Of a stretch of 64,000 nucleotides of DNA, positions 53,230 to 64,000 are shown piece by piece. The position numbers and the translations under genes are program-made. Source of the stretch: Cycas panzhihuaensis (lineage: Eukaryota > Plantae > Cycadophyta); assembly GCA_023213395.1 (NCBI GenBank), contig CM041465.1, forward strand, positions 67,401,741 to 67,465,740, in the 5' to 3' direction. The notes beneath the pieces are model-generated. The model made no database searches, had not been told where the DNA came from, and was given only the letters and a program-made list of their open reading frames with translations. The stretch's first letter is position 1. Each line of letters opens with the position of its first letter.

Positions 53230-54170
53230 TGTTAATAGTTAAACTTGCCCACCTCCTAAGGGTGGAGAGACTAAGAGGACCAGTAATATGGTGGAGACTA
53301 TGAAGAGTTTAGGTCCTTCCAAATCATTTGATGATTTGATGACCAAAAATCTTGACTCATTACCACTTATATCCCCTCATCCCATCAGGTTTTAATTTAT
53401 TCCTTCTAGTCTAAAGGATGGATCATTTTCCTTGGTTAATGAGTTAAAGACTACTCCCACTAGTATATCTATTATGGACTTTTCTTTGATGCATTAAGAG
53501 TCCCTATTCATATTGTAACATCTAATTCTACCCTTTATTTTGATGTAGCCACTTTGTTTCGCTAGATTAACCATGTTTCTAATGATATTCCTCTATTTTA
53601 TATTGAGATTATCAACGATAATATAAATATTATGCATGTCATTATTGATGAAGGATCATTCGTTAGTGTTATTCCTCTTCATCTTGATGAAGACTTAGAG
53701 ATCTTAGTTTTGTATCCTTGTCAATGGATTTGCCAAGGTTATGATGAAAACTAAAAGGTTCCCCTTAGCTAAGTCATTCTTTCTCTTACTTTGGAGGGTA
53801 GAATAATCTTCACTAAACTTACCATTATTGACCTTGATTTAGAGTATAATGTCCTTTTAGGTAGACCTTGGATTACCCAAATTGCTACTATTTATTCTTC
53901 TCTTTTTGGTGAACTTTGGTTCATCCATAAAGGTGAATTGAAAATTGTTAAGCACAAACCTAGATCAATCAATCAATTAGTTCCTCTCATTGGAATTATT
54001 ATTAAACCTACTGAATCCTCTAATTCATTAAAATACTTCTTTTAATCTTTAAGGTTAGGGTAATACTTCACAATTCAAACTCCTCCTTCCTAGGGAGAAG
54101 TAAAAGATGTGGATATAGTTGAAATCATTCCTTTAAAACCAAGTTCTTTATCTTTTTCAAACAATTAATC
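53230..54170 (+). pseudogene. Fragment of a T1-family Tat gag-end/protease region
   Basis: Reverse-complement match to 30650-31100 + 27840-28300; VIIDEGSFVSVIP and YNVLLGRPWI motifs. Confidence 0.8.
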
Positions 54171-54239
54171 TAGATTTTCTACTTCCAAGTAAGTTTTACT
54201 TTTTACAAGTCTTATGTTTCTTAAAATATGGTTATCAAA

Positions 54240-55187
54240 TCTTCATTGTATTGATCAATATTTCAAGAGGATATATACATATTTATAGTTGGTTTTATTA
54301 TCAACTGAAAGGGCAACCACCTCATTAACTAATTAGGTGTTATGTACTTAATGACATCACTAAGCATCCTCATTGAACTTTAGATAATATCTTTATAGAC
54401 CATTACACAATACTTGCGACTATCACATTAATAACCCTAAGATACATCTTACATTAAACATTATATTCTAACACCTACTATTAATGTTTAATGTCAATAC
54501 CATAAGAAGATTAACTACTAAGAATATTATGACACCTACTTTTAAGGACTAACTATAAAGTTGACACAAACTGGATATAAGACTTGACTTGAAGTATTGT
54601 TTAAATTTCTAATACCCAAGTCTGGAAACGTTTCTGAAGAAGATGTCATAAGCCTAATCTTAAACTAAAATATAGTAGAACCTATATGTTGTGCATGTTC
54701 TGTCATCTCCTACTTCCTGCTTGATGACTTCCCTTATGTCTATCTGTCTTTAATGAATGTGTGATTCCTTTCCAAGATCTAAAGTATTAAAATATGATTT
54801 GAACTTTAAGATTCTCAGGAGAAGACAAAGATTCTCCTTAACATTTTCCAAAACATCAAGTACGATCAATTTCTTAAAGCAACAAACACTTTCATGAAAA
54901 GGAAAAAGAGATAATGGCTTCTTCCTTAGCTTCATAGGTATAGAAATTTGTCTTAGATTAATAAATTATTTTGTTTTCACCTCATCATCCATGAAATCTA
55001 TTAATGAGCCAAATATGATGAGAACTTCTATTGAGATCACATGTATATACATCCCAAATATATTTATAAGAAGATGGTATATTACCATAACATGATTGCA
55101 TTTCATGACTAGGTATCCTTCTAGAAGTATAAAATAGTTTAGATATGTAAGATTTTAACTAAATCCAATTTTAGTCAAGGTATCCTT
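54240..55187 (-). mobile_element. Old relative of the TRIM family (LTR end, PPT region, internal), host of the Reina insertion
   Basis: 54451-54497 (acattaaacattatattctaaca..taatgtttaatgtc) matches the TRIM LTR end/PPT junction at 29374-29419; boundaries uncertain. Confidence 0.45.
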
Positions 55188-58100
55188 TGTAGCAACCTTA
55201 TAGAATTCTTCTAACAAAAGATCCCGCAAATTACTGACGATAAAGAATCCCTCTTCGAGGCGAGGTTCCCTCCACAAAGCTCCTCAAAAGGGCCAAAAAT
55301 ACTACAGTCCAAGACTTCTTCTTCCATGATGAAATGAGGCTGCAAATCCTCCTTAAATAGGTGGCCAACGGATAGCAGTAGAAGTCGGCCAGAAAAGATG
55401 ATATTATTCTTAACACTACACAAATAGAAGTCAGCCAAGACTTCTCCAAAAACTGGCAGGCTAACTTTAAATGGTCATAACTTTTGATACAGATGTCAGA
55501 ATTAACTTTCGTCTAGATCGTTGGAATCATCGTTCAGAGACCTTTGATTTGAATGGTCATAAGCTATATTTATGACTATATTTAGGAATGCTACAAGTCT
55601 TCCCCTCTCAAAACATGCTTTGCCCTCAAAGCATCAGTAATTTTTTGTACTGTTGTATCCATTCTTCAGATTCCCATGTGGCTTCACTATTGTCCATTGT
55701 TTTCCTTTTGATAAGGTATTCTGCGATTTCACGAGAACACAACCTTTTGGTACGTTTCTGAAGGATACCTTCTGGTTCAACTGATAGTCCTTCTTCCTCA
55801 TCTAATATTGGAACTTCTGTCTAGATTGGTACCCTTTCTCCTAACTTCCTCTTAAGGCAAGAAACGTGGAATGTATTGTGTATTTGACAATCTGGAGGAA
55901 GCTCTAATTTGTAGGCTACATCTCCAATTTTAGCCAAGATTTTATAGGGTCCAAAAAATTTTGGTTGAAGTTTATTTCTCCCTGTTTGTTTTAGGTTATT
56001 CTGCTTGTAGGGTTGTAATCGCAGAAAAACCCAGTCTCCTACCTCGAATGAACACTCCGTTCTTTGAAGATCAGCTTGTTACTTCATTCGATTGCGAGTT
56101 AAGTTCAAGTTATCTTTTAAGGTATCTAGTATCTGCCTTGATTGTTGATGATACTCTTCAATTGATTATACTTTGGATGCCTGGGTCCAATTAAGAATGG
56201 ATGGCGGTTCAAATCCATATAATGCTTGAAAAGGGGACATCTTGGCAGAAGTGTGGTAAGTTGTATTGTACCACCATTCTGCTAAATGAAGCCATTTGTG
56301 CCATTGGAGTGGGCTTTGAGTGGTGAAATTACATAGTTAACCCTCTATGCATTTATTTATGGTTTCTGTCTGACCATCTGATTGCAGATGATATGCAGAA
56401 GTCATATTAAGCTTTGTGCCTACTAATCTAAATAATTGTTGCTAGAAATGACTGGTGAATTTGGGATCGCGATCACTAACTATCACTTTTGGAAACCCAT
56501 GGAGATGATATATCTCCTTGATGAATAACTTTGCTATTTGAGGAGCTTTTGCTATTGCTTGAGTTCCCCTAAAATGTGTATATTTGGTTAGTCGATCCAT
56601 AACAACAAAAATAGTATCCTTACCTTCTGATTTTGGCAGCCCCGTGATGAAGTCCATAGATATCTCCTCCCATCTTTGTTTTGGAATTGGTAGAGGCTGA
56701 AGAAGACCTAGAGCTTTTATATTCTCTCCTCTCGCTTTCTTTCGCGGATCACATTCTACTACAAACTTCTGTATTTCTTCTTTCATTCCTTTCTAGAAGA
56801 AATTTTCTCGAACTTTGTGATAAGTTTTGTCTACTCCTATATGGCCTCCCACTGGTGATGCATGGGCCTCCTTTAAGATCTTTGTTTTAATTGCCACCAC
56901 ATGTGCACTAGCATCTTACCTTTTTGCAAGATTAAATTTCCTTGGAGAGAGTACTTGGTATTAAGTCCTTCCTTGATTTTTTGCAGCGCCTTTTGAGAAT
57001 GAGTGTCCTTGTCGTAACCTTTGACTAGTTCGCCCGTCCATGCTGGGCTAATTATGGTAATGGCTTTTAATGATGCTTTATCCTCTTCATGATCTTTTGC
57101 TACGGATCTTGATAATGCGTCTACTATGATGTTCCCCTTTCCTTTCTTGTACACTATCGAAAAGTCAAATGCTTGTAATCTGCTAACCCACTTTTATTGT
57201 TCATCTGTTAAGGATTTTTTATTCAAGAAATATTTCAGACTGTCGTGATCAGTCTTGACGATAAATTTATTTCCTAGCAAATATTGTCACCACTGTTGGA
57301 TGGCATGCATAATCGCTAGTATTTCTTTGTCGTATATTGGTTTGAGGTGCTCACGGCTATTGAGCTTACGACTTTCATATGCTAATGGTCGATCTTCTTG
57401 TAGTAAAACTACTCCCAACCCAAAACCGGAGGCGTCACATTCAATAGTGAAGGATTTTGAGAATTATGATAGTGTAAGGATTGGGGCCATAGTCATAGCT
57501 GTATTTAGTTGTTAGAATGCCACTTCCGCTAATTGATCCCATTTAAATGCCTCTTTTCTTGTCAAATATGTTAGAGGCGCAGCTATATGAGCATAACCCT
57601 TGATAAATTTACGTGCAATCAAGTGCTCTAAGAATCCTCGAACTCCCATAACATTCTTAGGTGTGGGCCAATTAATAATCGCCTCGATCTTCTTTGGGTC
57701 AATTTGCACTCCTTCGGAAGATATTATTTGCCCCAAATATTCTAGCTCTGTTTTCCCAAATGTACTTTTTTTTTTGTTCGCAAACAATTGTTGGTTTTGT
57801 AATAACTGGAGGATGATCTGTATGTGTTGGAGATGCTCCTGCTAAGAATGGCTATAGATTAGAATATCATAAAAAAAAACTAGCACAAATTTTCAAATAT
57901 ATGGCTTGAGGATCTGGTTTATCATATTTTGAAATGTTGCGGGGGCATTCGTCAGCCCAAAAGAAATAACCCGAAATTCGAATAGCCCTTCGTGTGAGTG
58001 GAAAGCTATCTTATACGTGTCTTCCTCTTTGATGCGAATCTGATAGTATCCGGAGCGTAGATCAATTTTTGAGAAGAACTTTGCTACATGAAGTTCATCC

Positions 58101-60550
58101 AAAAGGTCATCAATACGAGGAATTGGGTATCTATTCTTGATCATTAATTTATTGAGAGCCCGATAATCTCCACACATACGATATGATCCATCTTTCTTTC
58201 GTGCAATTATAACTGGAGATGCAAAGGGACTACTACTTGGGACAATGATTCCTTGTTGGAGAAGATCTTGAGTGATGTGTTCAATCTCTTGTTTATGATG
58301 GAATGGGTGCCTATATGGCCTAATATTGATAGGGGCTGATTGAGGAACCAAATCAATCGCATGCTCATATCCACGACTAGGAGGAAGTTCGGGTGGTAGT
58401 TCCTCAAAAACCTTACTATATTGGTCAATCAGTTCTTGTACCTCCATGGGAACTTCTTCTGCTACTATCTTATAACAGGAAATCATGAACGAAGTGGGAT
58501 TTTTTCGAAGTATCTTTACCATATGCTAAGATGATACCAATTGTACTGGAGGAATGTCAGGAGCCTCTAGTTTGTACTTACGTCCCTTTTGGTGAAAACA
58601 CATAAACCGTGTCCGAAAGTTGGTAACAATATTTCCCAAGGTTTGAAGCCATTGTACTCCTAGAACCACGTCAGCCCCACCAATAGGCATGGAAAACATG
58701 CAAGATGTGGTTGAGTACTCTGCAATACATAAGCTTACTTGTCGGCAATAACCATCGTAAGGCATAGTCCTACCATTTGCTATTGCCACTTGGAATATAT
58801 TGAGTGCTTGCACTATGAGACCTAACTTTTCTGTAGTAGGGTGATTTATGAAATTGTGTGTACTACCACTATCTACCAAAATGGAAACCTCCGCATATTT
58901 TATTAACCCTCGAAATCTTAATGTTTGTGGTGTGTGTGTCTCCCCAGTGATGGCTTGAAATGATATCTGAATATTGTCTGGGTTTGTATTCAATAACTCC
59001 TCTATCTAGGCTTCGTCTTCTTGAACCAATGCTTCCTCTTCTATAATTTCATCCATAGTTTCTTTAGGGAGAGGGTCTTCCTCATTATTCATCATGAACA
59101 TTTTCTTAGGAGGGCATATATATTCCCGATTATACTTTCCTCCACAATGAAAACATGTTCCATTCTTGATGTGTGCTACTCTTGACATTTGTTCATCTTT
59201 TTTCTCCCCCGTAGGAGCACCCACTTTAGTTCCAGACTGCATCCAGTTTGGTTTAAATTGATAGCTAGGAGGTCTTTCAAACTCGGTTCGACGAACGAAA
59301 CTTTGTCTTCCTTCTCTAAATTCTACTTCAATACTCCTGGCATGGCGTATGGCATCGGTCAGGAAGCTCACTTCCATGGTCTTTAGTCGATACCTGATAT
59401 TACCTCGAAGACCTACTATGTATACTTCTACGAGTCGAGGTTCACTAATATGGGCATCCACCATACTATGTAGTGCTTGGAACTGTTCAGTATAAGATTG
59501 TACCGTACTGACCTATTGTAACCTCGTAAGCTGGGTAAAATAATCCATTTTTGTTGTATCTTCATATTGCTGGAATAGAGACTTCTTAAAAAAAATCCAA
59601 TTGTAGTGGATTGTTCCCTCATAATTTCTTTGCCACCAATGAAAAAATTGTAAGGCTTTTTCCGTATAAGTGCAACGCCACCACTAATTTTTCTTTATTG
59701 GTTAAAGGGTGGTTTTGAAGTAGACCTCCATCCGCATCACCCAACTATGAATATCCTGTGATCTATCCGGGTCAAACTTTTCTAGCTGAAATTTAGTTCC
59801 TTAAGACCAAGCCCAACCCGATCTCCGAGTATTCCCTTCTTCTTGGCTCGCTTCTTCTTCTTTATCTCTACTTTGAAATCCAAAATCTTTTTGGAGCCAA
59901 TGTAATATCACGAATTTCTTGTATATTCGATTTCAATTCCTTGTACTGGGTTTGCATTAGCGTAATACTACCATCCAAATGGTCCACCCTTTTTGACACG
60001 TCCTCGATTCCCTGGGAGGCTTGGAGCACCATTTTTCCTATTGTGGTTTTTCCTGACCTTAACTCCATTCTATTGAAAAAAAATTCTCAGATATTTCTTG
60101 CAGAGACATGCTAAATACCTGCTTCGAACGAAGCTCTGATACTACTTGTAGCAACCTTATAGAATTCTTCTAACAAAAGATCTTGCAAATTACTGACGAT
60201 AAAGAATCCCTCTTCGAGGCAAGGTTCCCTCCACAAAGCTCCTCAAAAGGGCCGAAAATACTACCGTCCAAGACTTCTTCTTCCATGATGAAATGAGGCT
60301 GCAAATCCTCTTTAAATAGGTGGCCAACGGATAGCAATAGAAGTTGGCCAGAAAAGATGATATTATTCTTAACACTGCACAAATAGAAGTCGGCTAGGAC
60401 TTCTCCAAAACCGTGCTAACTTTAAATGGTCATAACTTTTGATATAGATGTCAGAATTAACTTTCGTCTGGATCGTTGGAATCGTTGTTTAGAGACCTTT
60501 GATTTGAATGGTCATAAGCTATATTTATGACCATATTTAGGAATGCTACA
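55188..60550 (-). mobile_element. Near-complete Ty3/Gypsy chromovirus (Reina-like)
   Basis: LTRs 55188-55595 and 60147-60550 (about 95% identical, TGTAGCA...TGCTACA); PBS gctctgatacta at 60133-60144; PPT at 55596-55609; perfect TSD TCCTT. Confidence 0.96.
55600..60068 (-). pseudogene. Chromovirus gag-pol (gag-PR-RT-RH-INT-chromodomain), disrupted by stops and frameshifts
   Basis: LVDSGSTHNF; RPYRHP; KIDLRSGYYQIR; FGLTNAPATF; CDASGFG; SMDFITGLP; VSDRDPKF; GPYKI; EYLIKRK..EATWE chromodomain. Confidence 0.95.
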
Positions 60551-60585
60551 TCCTTCCTTTCTTTAAAGGAGTCTTCTAGTGCCTT

Positions 60586-62115
60586 TGTTGTATATAAAAA
60601 TACAACCTAAATTCTTTAAAGGTTTAAAAGTATAGAGACAAAGTGGAGTAGTAAACAATACTCAACCCATTGTAGAGTATGAGAATAAACCAAATCATAT
60701 TTATCAAGTCATGTTTGAGAGTATTACAGATTTCTAAAATGGTGGTGGTGTCAAAAGACACCAGGGTTTGTCATCCTGAAAAATATATAGTTTGAGAGAG
60801 GAGGGAAACCTCCTCAACCTTTAAAATTCAAACAATATTAAAATAATGCTTAACACAAGTGAATATTAACCTTATCTAACATACCTTCATATATGTGCAC
60901 TCACATATGCGAAAGATGGGAGTGGGGTGGTGAACATTAACCCTAATATTCTCCCCCTTAATGGTCATCATGATCATCTTCACTTTTCTTTGAATTTATA
61001 TTTATATATATTTAAGAAAGACTTTGAGAAAGTGATCGATTACATGTCTTTTAGGTTTGTTTTTATTAACTTGCATCGTTATCCTTACAAAATAGTTTCC
61101 TTCAACATAGTATAGTTCAAGTGATCTCTAAGTAGGTGCAGCTTACTTCGAATGGAGAAGAGTGACATCATCTTTTACTTTATCTTATGAGAATCAATCA
61201 AGTCATAGGTATATATAACATCATCATGTACATCAATGTGATCATCCATTTTATTTAAGTCATCAACATTAGCCTTTTCAACATAATACACCTACTCTAT
61301 CATCTATCCCACATGTATAACATAATCAACATAGTTAAATTCATTCAAATCTAAGGTTTCTCCCCCATAAATTGATTCTAGAGTATCCCAAATAGATTTG
61401 GATGTAGATAACTCGCTAATATTAATAAATACATCACCACTTATTATGTTGAAGATTAATGCTATGACTTTATTATCCTTTCTTAAGTTTTCTTTAAAAT
61501 TTTGTTCATCCTCAAGGTAACCATATTCAATAAATTTCCAAAGGTTATTTGCACTAAGAAGTGTTTTTAACAAGTCTTTCCAAACATGAAAATTAGTCCC
61601 ATCAAATATTAGAATTAACACACCATCCAAATAAATTATGATTTGTAAAACATTCAGTTTATGAACTTAAATGAATAAATGAAGGCATTTAATGAATGAA
61701 TAACATAAAGTAGGCAATAAAGGCTTTTTAATAATTATAAGTTTGTTAATTAATGTAGTGAGATCAAATGTATATCCTTTTAAGACAAATGCTTTGCTTT
61801 AGTATGGAACTAAATCAATTAATGATTTTATATAAACCTTAAAAGCAAGGGGCTAAATTGAGCCAAAGATAATTTGAAATATATATACTATCTTTCAGAT
61901 GAATGCCTTCATAAGGCAATGAAAAGCAACTTGATAATATATGATTCAAGAATATTATTTGCTAGATAACTTTCATATAGGTTGAAATAAGCTTTAAAAA
62001 ATAATAATGTGCTTTAAATACTAATATGCAATAGAATACACCTTGAAGAAACTTTGAAATCTTGAAATAAATCCAAATAAATCTTTATTTTATGGATAAA
62101 ATCATTAAAAGTAAA
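60586..62115 (-). mobile_element. Gag-only Copia-type non-autonomous element remnant, interrupted at 62116
   Basis: Putative LTR 60586-60948; PPT ttctccccctt at 60949-60959; only ~350 bp separate the gag fragment from the PPT. Confidence 0.55.
61304..61630 (-). pseudogene. Copia gag N-terminus (DUF4219/UBN2-like)
   Basis: FDGTNFHVWK..LLSANNLWKFIEYGY...KDNKVIALI...SKSIWDTLESIYGG. Confidence 0.85.
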
Positions 62116-64000
62116 TGTTGAGAAAACAACAAGATCTAAATACATGTGCCTTGATTCGAGTATAATAATCAAAATATTCTACAAATCAAGAAACTAAATA
62201 AGAAGAATAATCATACAATGGTACGGGTGAATTCACCACATCATAGGCTCTCTCTTGGGCAGAGCTTCTATATTAACCAAAATCTAATATGTAGTACAAA
62301 GGTACAAGTCAATATTTATAGCCATCTGCCAAGATTATAAGGTATTGTAATAGTCTGACTTAACGGCAAAAGAGGTGGACACGACCTCATTATCCAATAT
62401 GATTTAATTACATAAAAGGGTCTATTAATACATTATAATCATGAATTTACATAAATAAGAAGAAATGGAGGTGATATTACAATGTTTTAACACCCTCCCT
62501 TAATAGCAACTTCATTTCTTCGAATGCCAAAGTCAAATCTAAATTGTTTAAACTTTGGTTTACTAAGTGCTTTAGTGAAGATGTTTGTAACCTGGTCTTC
62601 AATAGGATAGTAGATGATATCAACTTCTCCATTTTGGACATGCTCATTGATGAAGTGATGATGGACCTTAATTGGTTCTAACATGGAATATAGGATTCTT
62701 TGTCATCTTCAATACACTTTTATTGTCACAGTATAGGATGGTTAGTGAATTTTGTTGAAGTCCAAGCTCGGCGAGAATCCTTCTGAGCCAAATCAACTTG
62801 GTTATAGCATGGACAACTTCTTTATATTCTGCTTCAGTGGAGGAAAGGACAATAGTGGGTTATTTTTTATAGCTCCATGAGATTACAGTTGAGTTCAAAT
62901 CAAAACAACAGCCTGAAGTTGAATGGCGTGTGTCTTGGCAACCAGCCCAATTAACATTTATATATCCCTTTAGAATACGTGATTCAGTCTTATTGTACTT
63001 AAGGATAAACTGATGAGTACCACAAATATATTTGAGTATCCTAGTGGCTTCTTTCTAATGAGATGCTTTAGGCTATAACATATACCTGGAGCAGATGCCT
63101 ACTACATATGAGTTGTCTGAGTATGAGTGAGATAGATGAGACTCCCAACTAACTACTAGTACAAAGTAGGATCAAAAGGTTTTCCTTGTTCATCCAAGTT
63201 TAACTTGGTTCCTGTCTCCATAGGAATTGGTACAGGCTTACATTCAGTCATCCTAAATCTTTCCAATAGTTCATTATCATACTTGGTTTGAGTTAGTAGG
63301 ATTTGTCCTGGTTCTTAATAAACTTCAATTCTAAGGAAGTAATGAAGTAAGCTAAGGTCAGTCATCTCAAAATTACTTTCAACTCTGATTAGAGCTAAGA
63401 AATTCCATCTGTATCATTTCCAATGATAGTAAGATCATCCATATAAAGTACAATGATGGTGATCAAATTATCTCTAACCTAAATATAGAGATTAGGGTTA
63501 AAGGGTGAATGATTAAATCCATGATGAGTGGGAAATATATCTATCTTTGCATACCAGGCACATGGTGCCTGCTTGAGTCCATAAAGGGCTTTCTTGAGTC
63601 TGCAAACTAAGTGCTCTTGTCCTGGAACATCATAGCCTAAGGGTTGTTTCAAGAAAACCTCTTATTTAAGCTCTCCATTGAGGAAAGCACTCTTCACATC
63701 CATTTGGTAGATAGGCCATCCAAATTGAGCTACTAGGGACATAACCAAATAGAATATAGTCATGTTAGCTATTGGTGCAAAGGACTCATCATAGTCAACC
63801 CCCTCCTATTGTTTGAAATCTCTTGCAATAAGGCGAGCTTTGTGATACTCTACAGTACCATCTACATGACACTTTGTCTTATACAACCATCTATAGTTAA
63901 TTACTTTCTTTCTAGGTGGCAATTCAGTTAGCTCCCCAAGTGTCATTTTTTAAGATAGAGTTCATCTCTTCATCCATAGCTTCTTTCCATATTTTGTCTT
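62116..64000 (-). mobile_element. Ty1/Copia family C copy 3 (3' LTR, RH, RT), runs off the window
   Basis: LTR 62116-62492; PPT ccctccctt; RH and RT motifs (QMDVKSAFLNG, LKKALYGLKQAP, LYMDDL). Confidence 0.92.

Noticed and set aside
55211-55449. Short ORFs repeated at 60170-60382 (likewise 28342-28530 and 30260-30472)
   Set aside because: They lie within paired LTRs and have no domain similarity.

Overview
This is AT-rich, strongly CpG-depleted plant heterochromatin with no recognisable host gene, RNA gene or CRISPR array. Old, highly diverged LTR pairs and the Tat domain order suggest a large gymnosperm-type genome (inference). Almost all of it is nested, decayed retroelements. From left to right: an L1 LINE remnant (~250-5940) interrupted by a non-coding LTR element E1 (5939-11074), then a Tat-type Gypsy remnant T2 (pol 44475-47250). 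T2 appears to host non-coding LTR element E2 (13505-42364, TSD CCAAT). The 5' LTR of E2 hosts a 26-kb Tat-like element T1 (13825-39783) that encodes gag, protease and an archaeal-type RNase H but no visible RT or integrase. T1 in turn holds half of a Tnt1/Tork-like Copia flanked by a 3.7-kb direct duplication, a TRIM-like element with extra half-LTRs, and a truncated Copia. Further right are two more copies of that Copia family, a near-complete Reina-like chromovirus (55188-60550, TSD TCCTT) and a gag-only Copia remnant. The most notable items are the RT-less, aRH-retaining Tat element with an antisense intron-bearing ORF, the one-ended Copia with a 3.7-kb duplication, an LTR that has captured its own PBS, a hairpin shared across LTR families, and a CpG-rich foreign-looking first ~220 bp. 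All identities were estimated by eye; no alignments or searches were run.
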